From the human T2T-CHM13v2.0 reference genome, Homo sapiens, in NCBI RefSeq assembly GCF_009914755.1, contig NC_060930.1: a DNA stretch of 64,000 bases; one strand, given 5' to 3'. A program made the position numbers and the translations under genes. This document shows positions 1-12,245 of the stretch, one piece after another. The notes beneath the pieces are model-generated. The model did no database searches. It saw only the letters and a program-made list of their open reading frames with translations, and had not been told where the DNA came from. Numbering within the stretch: position 1 is the stretch's first letter; every line of letters begins with the position of its first letter.

Positions 1-2880
1 TAGTTTCTTAGCTAACCTGTATTTCTCTGCTATAATATCTTCCCTTTCATTTCTAATTTTATTTATTTGAGGTTCTTCTCTTTTTCACCTGGTTAGTCTA
101 GCTAAGTGTTTGTCAATTTTGTTTAGCTTTTCAAAAAACTGACTCTTAGAAAAACTGACTCAGTTTTGTTGATCTTTTCTATTGTCTTTCTAGTTTCTGT
201 TTCATTTATCTCTAGTCTGATATTTGCTGTCTCCTAACTTCTGCTAACATTGGGCTTAATTTGTTTCTTCTAGTTCCTTAAGGTGCAATGTTATGTTGCT
301 TATTTGAGATATTTCTCCTGTTTTAATGCAGACATTTATTGCTATAATTTTTTTTCTTACAACTGATTTTGGAGTTTCTGGAGATTTATCTTGTTCTTTC
401 ATTTGAATTGTATTTTCTTGTTTCTTCACTTTTCTTGACCTTCTGTGTTGGTTTTTGTGCATCCGGTGCCTTGTAAAAATAACTGATTCTCTCAGTCTTG
501 TCAGATTGTCCTCATATAGGATAAAAATCCCACTAATCTATTAGGCCAGAGAATTTAAGATACCTCTCAAATCTTTGTGTTTGTTAAAACTGCTATCTCT
601 GTACTTGGTGGCCCCCTGGGGATTAGGATTTGTCATGTCCTATCAGAACCTTAAGACCAGTAAGGTAGAAGCCATACCCTCTTGATGTAGCTAGAAAGGT
701 TGAGTATTGGATGTATGTTCCACTTCCTTCTATCTGCATGGTGAAGCTGAGTGCAGGCATTTATCTCTCACTGTCTTTGCATTCAGCTAGGGAGAAGATC
801 TGTATCAAATGCCTATATTTGTGTTTAGGCTAGACTCTGTGATCCTGGAGATATAGCTGCTGGAAGTGGATCTGTTGTATGTCCACCTCTTTGTTTTCTG
901 TAGTTTAGGGCCACTCAAGATACAAAACCCCATGACTCCCAGAGCTAGGTCATTAAAGAGACAGTTCCTTGTGAGGCTGGAGAATAGGGTCTGGAGGCAG
1001 GGAACCTAAGGTCGACTAACACTGACTTCCTAGTGCTAAGTCAAAGGGATAACCCAACTTTCCACACCCATGTAACAAAAGAACCAGAGTCTACTCCCTT
1101 TGCAATGCCCCTGGCCCTTTTCTGTATGGCTCATGAAAAATTGAAAATACCTCTGTTTGGTCCCTTCCTGCAACCCATCAGATGTTTGCATAGGGTGTAA
1201 CTTTGTAACTTCACTTCAGTCTCTGCAACCAATCAGACTTCTCACAAGCCACTGCTTCATTTACATAGGGTACAAACCAAGTAACCAATGGGACACCTCT
1301 AGAGGATATTTAAATCCCAGAAAATTCTGTAACCAGGGCTCTTGACCCTCTTGCTCTAGCCCTTTTCCACTCTGTGGAGTGTACTTTTATTTTAATAAAT
1401 CTTTGCTTTCATTGCTTCATTCTTTCCTTGATTTTTGTGTTCTGTCCAGTTCTTTGTTCAAAATGCCAAGAACCTGGACAACTGATAGTCATGACATTCC
1501 ACCAGTAACACTTGGGTAGGAGTTACAGACATTATGGCTCAGTGCAGAGAAAACTTTCTTACAGGACGAATGGGTACACCTGGATTTATCACTGTGGCAA
1601 GCTGAAAGAAAGCCTCTGAAGTGCCAAGCTCCAGTTTGGGCTGCCTGAGAGCTACTGTTTGCACCATTAGCTCCCCAGTGCAAGTTTATTAGAAGCCAGG
1701 CCCCTTAAGGAGCCAATGAAAGAGTATGCAATAAACTCCTTCCAGAGAGAAAATGGGAGCTGCATCTTCAAACCGCTTTGCTGCACTGTTCCTAGGAAGT
1801 TTAGCCCCTGGATGTGTTTGAGCACCTGTTTAAAACCACATCTCTATTCTGTGATCTGGGGAGGCTCCCGTATGTCTAGTCTCTTGTGCTCCCAGAGCTA
1901 AAAGTTTTAATATGCAGTCCCTCGGGTGGTTTTGTAAAAGTTACAATCCCTGTTTCGTGGCATAAATCTCTTCTAGGAAGAAACAGTGAGCTGTATTTTA
2001 AAAGCCCCTTTCTGTACTGCTTCCAGGGGATAAAGGCCTTGGAAGTACTTGCATACCCTTATAAAACTTTCCCCTTTGTCTGTTGTCTAGAGAGATTCAG
2101 GTGTGCCTACTCCCCTCTGCTCCCAGAGCTAGGAAGTTTAAGGTATAGTCTCCCAGGTGGAAGCTGTAAAAGTTGAAGGTGCATCATGTGTAGGCAAACA
2201 CTTTCCAGAAGGGATTTAGTGACCTGGAGTTACCACTAGTGTGAGCTGGGAGAGAAGGTTCTGGAAGTGCTGATCTTCTCACACTGTTGGTAGGTTACTG
2301 TTTGTTTGCCTCTTTAACTCTCCAATGACAGTTAATTAGAATCCAGGCTGCCAAGTAGCCACTGGAGAGTGTGTTTTAAATCCATTCCAGAGAAAATCAA
2401 GCAAGTGCATTTTTAAGTACCTTCTCTGCACTACTTCAGAGGAGCCATGCAAGTGCTTGCATACCCTAATAAAACCTGCACGTTTTTACTGTGATCTAAT
2501 TTTTATCTTAGACAAGAATATACCTAATCCTCTGTCCTTTCCAAATTGATTACATAAAAGCAAAACTATGAGGACCTTAGAGTTAGGGCAGTATATGTGA
2601 AATCCAAACCCTCCTCTCCACAGGGAGAAGCTGAGTGTTTGAGATTTCTTTCCTGGTTGTATGGCTCTGTGCCCAGGGTGGGGTCCATGCCCCCAGTGTT
2701 CTCAGCCATTCCTACTTGTTCTATATGGATGTTTTCTCAGTTGCCTGATGGGCAGGAGTCTCTCAATCATTTTCTCACTTTTTTGAGGGAATTGATCCAT
2801 GAATAGATGTTTATTTGGTGCATTCAAACATGTAGGGGAAGTCAAGATCCTCTATTCCACCATGTTGCTGACATCACCAC
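1..2880 (-). mobile_element. Old L1M-type LINE-1 (5' UTR, ORF1 N-terminus, ORF2 fragment), interrupted by an LTR at 972-1510
   Basis: ORF 256..462(-) contains KIIAINVCIK..SQISNITLHLKELE (ORF2-like) and KKQENTIQMKEQDKSPET (ORF1 N-terminus-like). Assignment of 460-2880 as L1 5' UTR and the right boundary are approximate. Confidence 0.7.
972..1510 (+). mobile_element. ERV1 solo LTR, MER51-like
   Basis: TG...CA termini, begins tgaggctggagaatagggtctggaggcagggaacc, aataaa near 1394, 4-bp TSD CTTG (968-971 and 1511-1514). Confidence 0.85.
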
Positions 2881-3099
2881 ATACAATAAGTTCTTAAATA
2901 CAGCAAATACCTGAAAATAGCTATTAACACATATTCCTTTAGTAGCTAAGTCTCAGTTTGATTTTTATAAGTGTAATCAAAGTCAAGAAGGCAAAAAAGA
3001 CATTGAAGCAAAAAACTAGCGCAGAGTGATGAGTAAACTCAAAGCTAAAAGCATTTGAAAAAAATAACAGATTCAAGAAATTAAAAAAAAATTAACTGA

Positions 3100-4720
3100 C
3101 TGAGGATTCTAAGAAGATGGCAGAGTAGGAAGCATCAGGAATCTGATGCTCCCCACCTAAGCAACAATTGCACTGGCAGAATTTGAGGAAACTATTTTGG
3201 AACTCTATAGTCTACTGAAGAATTATAACTTCCAGTGGAAGGCTTGGATGAAAAATTGCAGTTCATTTTGATCAATATCAGCGCTTAGCAGACTAACAGC
3301 TACTCATTCCCCTCCTCTAGCTTCAAGGCATGCAGCTGTGAACTCTTCCTGGAGCAGCTCTTGCATAGCTTGTGTAGCCAGGGTGAATCAAAAGGACCCT
3401 GTTTTTTAAACATCAGGATTAAGGATCCCCATCTATTGCTGATGGCTGCTTCTGATCACAGAGGTGTAGACAAAGAGCAGCCATTAGTTTTTACCTCCAC
3501 CCATTCTTCCTAGCTTCTCACCTGCAGTTGAAGTGAATGCCATGGAATTCAAAGTTCTGGCATCCTTCTCCCCTCCTTTATTTATCTGTTTTTCCTTTTT
3601 GGAAGTCAGATATTAAAGACTAAGACATTAAAAAACTCCATATATGAGGAAATTTAGAAAATAATCATTGAAGTGCATGGAAAGGCTCAAGAAAAACCTG
3701 AGATGACTTTAATTTTACACCTCAGGCCGATCCTTGGCACAGAGTCAGCATACAAAATCAAACAAAAAAAACAATCTCCAGAACAAAAATCATCAAACCT
3801 CAGGAAAAGGGGAGAATCTGATTTCCAGAGTTACCACATTATTAGATTCAAATGTCTAGTTTTCAACAAAAAATTACAAGACATACAAAGAATCAGGAAA
3901 GTAAGGCTCATTCAAAGATAAAAAGTACAATAAATCAACAGAAACTGCCACTGAAAAAGACCAGATGGCAGGTCTCTAAGACAAAGATTTGAAGCAACTG
4001 TGAACTAAAGAAGAATGTAATAATGTCATCAAAACAATGTATGAATAAAATAAAAATATCAATAAATACATGAAAAACCTAAAAAGAAAACAAAAAGAAA
4101 TTCTGGAGCTGAAAAGTACAATAACTGAATTGAAAATTTTACTGGAGCAATTCAAATGCAAAATTGTATAGAAAGAAGAAAGAATCAACAAATTTGAAGA
4201 TGGGATAATTAAATTTATTATGTCTAACGAATAGGAAGAAAACGATCTTTAAAAAGTGAACAGGCCTTAGCAATCTGTGGGACAACATCAAATGTGCCAA
4301 CTTATGTGTTGTGGTAGTTACAGAAGAAGAGATGGTGGGGGAGGAAAGGATATTGGAAAACAAAATAATGGCTGAAAACTTCCCAAATCTGATGAAAGAC
4401 ATAAATATAAACATCCAAGAATTTTAAGGAAGTCCAAGTAGATAAACTCAAGAAGACTCATACCAATACAGCTTGATTATAATCAAGCTTTGAAAAGAAA
4501 AAGAAAATGAATCTTGAAACCAGCAAGAAAGAAGTGTGCTGTCCTGTGTAAGTGATCCTGAATCAGGTTATCAGCAAATTTCTTATTAGAAAGCTCAGAG
4601 GCTTTCTAGAAGCCAGTGAACTGATATATTCAAAGTACCAAAAGAAAAAGAAATTAAAAGCAAATTGTTAGCCCAAGTGCTAAATTGTCTGGCAAAATTG
4701 CTGTTTCTTTTTTTCAAAAA
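3100..4720 (+). mobile_element. Old L1M 5' UTR and degenerate ORF1
   Basis: Starts with aagatggcagagtagg; A-rich ORF1-like tracts such as gaaattctggagctgaaaagtacaataactgaa and aatggctgaaaacttcccaaatctgatg. Confidence 0.8.
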
Positions 4721-4744
4721 TGAGGTAGAAATTAAGAAAGCTTT

Positions 4745-5106
4745 AATAAGGAATGAAATTTTAATACATGCCACAGCATGGATGAATCCTGAGGATATTG
4801 TGCTAAGCGAAATAAGCCAGTCAAAAAAGGACAAATATTATATGATTCCTTTATATAAGATACTTACAAGAGTCAAAATCGTAGAGACAGAAAACAGAAT
4901 GGTGATTGTCAGGAGCTGGGGGAGAAGAGAATGGGAAGCTATTATTTGATGGGTATAGAGTTTTCATTTTACAAGATGACAAGCAAGTTATGCAGATGGA
5001 TGGTGGTGATGTTTGCATAACATTATGAATGTATTTACCACCACTTAAAATGGTTAAGATGATAAATCTTATGTGTATTTTACCACAATAAAAAATTGGA
5101 AAAAAT
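4745..5106 (+). mobile_element. L1MB-type 3' end
   Basis: EILIHATAWMNPEDIVLSEISQS (ORF2 C-terminus) followed by L1MB-like 3' UTR ending accacaataaaaaattggaaaaaa. Confidence 0.85.
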
Positions 5107-6152
5107 ATACTTAGTATCTAAACATAGAAATGTTAAGTTAATACAAATACTTTGAAGTTCTTTGTTGTTGTTTTTAAATGATGGTAGAGCCAATCATCAC
5201 CACAAGCAAGTTGGTAATGATGGTGAATTGTGGTAAACAATGACGCATTTTTTTTTTTTTGCTTCTCTAGGATTTTCAAGTGAAGAACTGGGACTAAGTA
5301 AAAAAAAAAAAAAAAGATTCACAAGGAACTACTAGAAGTCATAAGAAATTAAAAACTAACAGAAGTTTCACCAAGGAAGAAGAAAACAACATAATTTAAC
5401 ACAAGAGAGGGTTCACAATAGGTAAGAAGTGCAGAAAGCACACAAGTGATTTTAAGAGTGGACTTAAGTAGAGCCTGAAGCATACACAATATGAAGGACA
5501 AACCCTTAAGGAGAAAAATTAAAATTTTAAACATATATTAGGTACAGAGTTAATGGAGACCTTGTGAGAGAAAGCCTTGAAACTTATTTTTAATTGCCTC
5601 TTCAATAAACCTGCCTCTACTTTTGAGATAAAAATACCAGTGTAATAGCAGGTAGAAAAGTGCAAATCCAGGATGAACCAACTGAGTAGATATTTGTCAT
5701 GACTGTACTTTCTGAAACCCACCCATGGTTTCAGAAAGAAAAAGTATATATATATCTGAAGTCCTAGATCTAAAATCCTACATATGTCTGTTCCAGAAAA
5801 TATAAAAAGTGTTATTATTCATGAAATTTGAACATGAAACTTAAGAGATAAATAAGCAGTTGCTGGAAAGACAAAGGAAACAAAGGTGGTCTTTTCTGGA
5901 AGAGTCAGAATTTCAAACTTCATCACCAGTCATACATCTCAGGAGGAGATAACTGATCTGAAATATCTCTCTGGGTAATGAGAGAAATGTTTTGGGCCAC
6001 AGTAGACTTATCGGCTCAAGAGGTGTCTGAGAGACCAGAATCAAAATGAAGAAAGAGGTTAAACTGAAAAAATGAACAAGCAAGAGAAATATGGTACAGA
6101 GGTACAGACAAAATAATTTCATAATTTTACTTATTGAAAACCTGAAACTTGA

Positions 6153-6211
6153 AAGAAAATAAGAAAAAAAGAAAATAAGAAAAATAAGAAAATAAGAAAA
6201 AAAATAAAAAA
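6153..6211 (+). repeat. A-rich (AAAATAAG)n low-complexity repeat
   Basis: Directly visible. Confidence 0.8.
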
Positions 6212-6529
6212 TTTGGTTACTATTTTATTTTAACCAGTAAAAAGGCTCATTGATTAGTTATGCAGATATATATATATTATATCTCCTCTATGTTAGTATT
6301 CTTACCACTAGAAATATTGCAATAAATAGACATAGGCCCTTCTTTCAGGGAGAGTAGCTTATAATTAAATAGACTCGGACATAAACAGATTTTCAAACAT
6401 AAGATATGAAAGTGTTAGAAGAAGAGAATATGTACATAATTTTTAAATGGGAGAGGACTAAAACAAGATCAAATATGTGACAACCATAAAGGGGAACATG
6501 GCATATTTACATAAATTTTTTTTTAAATT

Positions 6530-7290
6530 AAGAAAAAAAAGCACAGAGAAAATGAACAGATTATTTATTTTAAAAGAAATGCAAAGGTCAATAAATGTGT
6601 AAAAATAAGTATACTAGTAGTCAGAGAAATATGCATACAAATTATGAAATATAATGTTTCCCATTAAATTCTTAAAAGATAAAGAGGAACTGAAATCATC
6701 CAGCGATGGCAGAAACATGATGGTAGACACGGGAATATGAGTGCTCTTTTATACTCTTAGTAGAGGTATAATTTACCATAAGATTTCTGGAATAAACCCT
6801 TTTAATATATACTAAAAGTAGGCCCACCTCTTAACTTAGCATTTCTTCTTACGGAAATTCAGTCAAAATATAAAAGAAGCAGTAATTAGATATATGTACA
6901 AAGATATTTATTGTAGCAAAAAAATTGAAACAACCTGAATTCCTAACAATAGTGGGAATATTGAATTAATATTGGCATACCCCCCACTTTGATATAAAAT
7001 AAACTATTACATAAGATATACATGTATAAAATAAATTAAGGTAAACAAACCCACAAAATATTTTGTATAAGTTATACATAAAAATATACATGTATAACAT
7101 TCCTTTTTAATAAAGTCTGTAAATATGCACATGTATCTTTGAATTAAAAGAAAATAGAAATATCAAAAAGTTAATCTTACCAATGATTAATTCAGGGAGT
7201 TGGACTGGGAGAAGGAGAAGGAAATTATGACTTAAGTTTCTCATCTGTACTTGAGTTTTAATTCAGACCATTTATTTCATGTAATAATTC
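6530..7290 (+). mobile_element. Very old L1ME-type 3' fragment
   Basis: Degenerate L1 3' motifs (gtagtcagagaaatatgca, aaaaattgaaacaacctgaattcc). Boundaries approximate. Confidence 0.55.
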
Positions 7291-7339
7291 AAGTTATTAA
7301 GAAGAGACTACTAAATTCATGAAGTCCTCTATAGGAGAA

Positions 7340-7600
7340 ATCAGGAGTTTTTTCAGAAGGAAGACAGTCTTAACCTTTCTTGGGAGGATGGCTATTCTGT
7401 CCCTGAATAAGTGAGCTGGAAGTTGAATCTAAAAGATGAAAAGGAGTTGGTAAGGCAACAGGGAGCCACAGGGGCAGAGCAAGAAAGGGAGATTGTGAGT
7501 GGTACAGGCAAAAAGAACAGCAGGCGCCAATAAGGACCTTTTTCAAGGAATTGAAGAGTTCAGAATGTTTGGAACAATTGTGGGAGGGGTATAAATGAGA
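7340..7600 (-). mobile_element. L2 fragment
   Basis: Purine-rich gagctggaagttgaatctaaaagatgaaaaggagtt, typical of antisense L2. Confidence 0.5.
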
Positions 7601-8622
7601 GAACACAGCAAACAACTTCCTGCCTTTAGAGTGAGAGTTGAGTTAGGCGTTGTTAGAAGAATCAAAGACACTGTGGTTTTGAATTTGATTCTTGACTCTG
7701 CATTTTAAAAAACCTCGTTAGACTTCAATTTCCTCTTCTATTGAATGAATATTGTAACACTTACCTTAATGTTTTCTTTTTGGTGAAGAGTAAATTTTAT
7801 ATGTGTAAAGTGAAAACATATTCCTTTTACATATATAGAAGCTTCTTAGGTAGCAGCAACAGCAATTATTCTAATATCCTTTGTTCCAGACTATTGTTAA
7901 GACTGGGCTTGGTTTTATGCTATGTTATATATCATGTATTTTGGTTTTTGTACTTCACAAGGTAACTTTTAATGGGGTTGTCATGTTTAGCAATAAGCAA
8001 CGTCTATGAAACTAGGTGGTGTGTATCAACCTCAACTAATTAAACAAGGCAGAAACAAACCAGAAGCAATGCTCATGATGACTAAAATGTTCTAAGAAGC
8101 CATTTTCCCCCTAATTCTTGTAATAGTTCAATAAAAGCAGCCAAATGAACAATGCAAGAAATGTCTCTAAATTTAAACCCAGAATTTACTGCAAATCAGG
8201 GTGTGCAGAATCTTTCTATTGATTGTGGTGTAATTGCCATACAAACATTGTTCTCCTTAAAAACAACCTTTATAGAATGGTTAATTTTTTTCCTGGTTGG
8301 ACTCTGAATTTTAGAAACTAAAAAGAACAAGGCAGAAAAATCCATCTTTTTGAATGAGGGAATATTGCAGAGAAACATATAAATGTTTCTATTTTCTTCA
8401 GTTGCAAATATAGAAATGCATAGGGATCTGGAGAGCAGAACTTGACGATGTAAACTAAGACTTTTCTGTTTTAATAGCCAAGGCAGAATGAATATAATAC
8501 TCATGTTTGTAACAGAGGCCAAATAACATAAGGCTGGAAATTATATTAAATTTAGAGATGATCATTGGTGATCTTTGCTAGAGAAGCTATGCTGAAAAAT
8601 TGGAAAAGCCATAACGGAGTGC

Positions 8623-9030
8623 TGTGGAGGACAAGAAGAATTGCTATTCCAATTCCTCTTCAAAGACAGATTTGCTGCCCAGCAGCAGGGAAGGTGGTCA
8701 GCATGCAGCCTCTAGAGTCAATCCTTTGGGGCTACGCATAAGCTTCAGAGAGCAGACACCAGGCCATTCCTTTCCATGGGCAACACACATCAGATTGCTG
8801 AGCAAGGTACGAGTATTTTCAGTCCAATGTGGGATATTCTGACTGGTAATACCTTCCCAAATTCCTCCTTGCATTGGCTTACATTTTGGCCAGCCAGTAC
8901 CCAGCTTATTTTCTCCCTCTGCTCAATCCTGCATCTTCTCACATCCATTCACAGGTGTTGATTCCCAATTAATACCTCTCATGGCAAACTTTATCTCAGC
9001 AGCTGCTCTGGATATTCCAAACCAAGAGAA
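8623..9030 (+). mobile_element. ERVL solo LTR, LTR16-like
   Basis: 3' part cattcacaggtgttgattccc...aaactttatctcagcagctgct resembles the LTR16 3' end. Confidence 0.6.
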
Positions 9031-11032
9031 ATACAAACACTTTGAGGAATAGTAGGTTGATGAGAAAGTGAAGATGAGTTTAGGTACTAATTTCATTTAT
9101 ATTTATTTGTAATAAGGAAGAGAGGAGATATATTAGCTTCAGGAGGAAATGGGATTAAGGGAGATATTTCATTATTTTTATGTTTTGGAATGATAGGTAA
9201 GGGAAGGACCTGAGAGAGTAAATGTTGATGGAAGGGATTCACTACACAGAAGCAGTTCTTTGGAATGTCTCCTGAGTTCAAATTACACTGTGATAATTTG
9301 ACTGTATAAGAAAAATTCTGTCTCTCATTATGTTTTCCAAAATCAGAGGTAAACCTGCCTATTTAAATGAGATCTCTCTTTTTGGAGAAGGAACAGATTT
9401 TGGGAAAAGAGAACTGTGCTTATTTGTCAAATTGAAATTAGGAGTGAAATCCATGTGTTTCTTTATACCCCTTAAATCGACTTTTATATGTTCTGTAATT
9501 CATTCAGCAACAGTCATAAAAGTTTGTGCAGAATTCCACAAAGTGCTGGAAATCTCAGCCATCAGTTCCATAAACAAAAATAGACATTCTACTTTACTCT
9601 CTAGGTGTGTGTTTTAATTTCTTCCAGAAAGAAAAAAATGAATTAAAAAAATTTAATGTTATTATGAAATTTCCTTAGTATTTTTTTAGAAAAGAGAATT
9701 TACTTCATAAAGTAACATTTGTGAATGACAACATAAATAGAAATGGCCCTAAGATGATATAGCATTACTAATTGTCCAACCTTGACAAAAGCATTCTGAT
9801 AAGATTATTCTTTAGACAATCTAAAATCATTTGTTCTTGACCTAGAAGTTAAAATGAACTCCTCTTGACAAGAAGTAAAATTGGTCACAAAGCACTATTC
9901 TCTAATCATAGGGAAACAAGCTACATGATAGCAAATATATATGATACAGAAAAAAAACACTAAGCATGATTACAATACATAGCATAAGCAATGAGAAATT
10001 AGCATTTAATGAACAAAATTCCTATTCACAGTACTATTGTGAAAGTTAATAAATGCTTAGTTTTAATAAAATCTCTGCTGTGATATAGGTATTATGTTTC
10101 TTCCTTATTTTATTGTTAGTGATGCCTAGGAAATTGCTAGGAAAAGAGAAAGTGTGGTGATTTTATACTTATTTCTTGAAATTGAAGGTATGATTTCATA
10201 CTAAAAACAATAATGAATGAAATGTATTAAGAATAACTGTGTCCTAATGGTCTAATTGATTATTTTAATTGAGGGTAGAATTAGAACCACTAGGGCCTCT
10301 TTAGCCCTGAAATTATGCACATTCATGCATGCATGCATATAACAATAGCACACAACTGGTTGTTTACTCCAGTATACCCAGTGGTAAGATCCTCACCTTG
10401 GCTCTTACAGGAAGATAAAGCATTACTTACAGAGAACATGACTGGTTTACAGGAGTAGACTATGATTCAGAAATCTGGGAAAAAATTTACCTTGAAGCTA
10501 TATACATGTAATGCCCTGTGGCATTACATGTATATAGCTTTCCTGTGGCATGGAAACATAAAAGCCATCAAAAAACTGAATATTTTTTTATAAATTCACA
10601 AATCTGAAGAAATATTAAAAACAGTCTGTCATTTGTTAGACATTGTACTGCAATTGGTAATTATCTGAAATAGTATATGAAGGTGGTTTTATATATATCT
10701 ATATCTATATTTTTTATACATATACTTTATGCAGCTCTTGCAGTCTATCAAGTTTTAATTTATATAGCATGGTGACAGTAAAACAATCTACAATCTACAA
10801 CATAATTGTTTTAAAGTTCCTTGTGTCATATTCACTGTTAGTAATAAACCCAAATTGCTTGTTTACCAATATATAGATAAGGATGCTTTCATCAGTGCAC
10901 ATGTTAGTAGTAGCAGATAAACAGAGTAAATATTCTAGACCTTGTAACATTAAACAGCTAATCTTATCCCTTCCCTAGCAAAGTTTTTGTATAAGTGTGG
11001 CAAAAAAAAAAATTATATAGTATATGTGAGTA

Positions 11033-11325
11033 CAGTGGTCCCTCAGTAATTGTGGGGAATTTGTTCTAAGACATTCAGGAGATACCAAAATTTGCATACA
11101 CTCAAGTCCCTGATATAAAATGAGGTAGTGTTTGCATATAATATATGCACATCCTCCCATACACTTTAAATCATCTCTCGATTATCTGTAATATCTAATA
11201 CAATGTAAATGTTACGTAAATAGTTGTTATACTGTATTGTTTAGGGACAACTGACAAGAAAAAAAGTCTGTACACTTTTAGTACAGATGTATTAAACAAA
11301 ATTCTTTTAAATCCTTGATTAGGGC
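11033..11325 (+). mobile_element. MER2 (TcMar-Tigger) DNA transposon remnant, 3' end lost in microsatellite
   Basis: ta|cagtggtccctcag start; caagtccctgatataaaatg; tactgtattgtttaggga. Confidence 0.85.
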
Positions 11326-11329
11326 TAAG

Positions 11330-11692
11330 TGTATATATATTTACAGATATATATAAAATATATAAAGTTATATATATATATATATAATATATGTGTGTGT
11401 ATATATATAGTTAGCCCCAATCAAGATATATATATACACACACACACATATATATACACACACACACACACATACACGCAGAAATATATGTGTGTATATA
11501 TATATATTGGGGTTAACTATATATATATATGTACATGTGTGTGTGTGTGTGTGTATATATATGTATTTGTATAACTGTATATATATATACAGTAAGCCCC
11601 AATCAAGATACATATATATATCATGCATATATACACACACAGATATATATATATGTATGCATATATATATCTCAATATGTATGCATATATTA
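11330..11692. repeat. Complex (TA)/(CA)/(TG) microsatellite with embedded inverted motif copies
   Basis: Directly visible. Confidence 0.95.
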
Positions 11693-11798
11693 ATGTTTAC
11701 AAATTCACTTTTATGTCTATCTGCATATAAAGAACATGCATCATTTTCCTCTTATATGTGATCATGCTGCTGTCTTTCCACTGTGTATTTTACAAAGG

Positions 11799-12245
11799 TG
11801 TATTAGTCATGGTTCTCTAGAGGGACAGAACTAATAAGATGGATGTATATATAAAAGGGAGTTTATTAAGGTGTATTGACACACATGATCACAAGGTCCC
11901 GCAATAGGCCATCTGGAAGCTGACAGGCAAGGAAGCCAGTCTGAATCCCAAAGCTGAAGAACTTGGAGTCTGATGTTCAAGGGCCAGAAGCATCCAGCAT
12001 GGGAGAAAGATGTACGCTGGGAGGCTAAGCCAGTCTAGTCTTTCTACATTCTTCTAACTGCTTTTATTCTGGCCACGCTGGCAGCTGATTAGATTGTACC
12101 CACATAGTTTGAGGGCGGGTCTGCCTTTCCCAGTCCACTGACTCAAATGTTAATCTCCTTTGGCAACACCCTTACAGAAAAATCCAGGAACAACACTTAG
12201 CATATTTCCATCAAATCAAGTTGACACTCACTATTAATCATCACG
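11799..12245 (-). mobile_element. MLT2A-type (HERV-L) solo LTR
   Basis: tgtattagtcatggttctctagagggacagaact...gttgacactcactattaatcatcacg; perfect 5-bp TSD AAAGG (11794-11798 and 12246-12250). Confidence 0.92.

Noticed and set aside
5708-5738. 12-bp perfect inverted repeat with 7-nt loop
   Set aside because: No accompanying duplication; one such stem is plausible by chance in 64 kb of AT-rich DNA.
11314-11610. Repeat-spacer look (CRISPR-like)
   Set aside because: Eukaryotic context, alternating orientation, low-complexity spacers, no cas genes.
11329-11761. Y/I/C/V/H/T-rich ORFs
   Set aside because: Translation artefacts of TA/CA/TG microsatellite.
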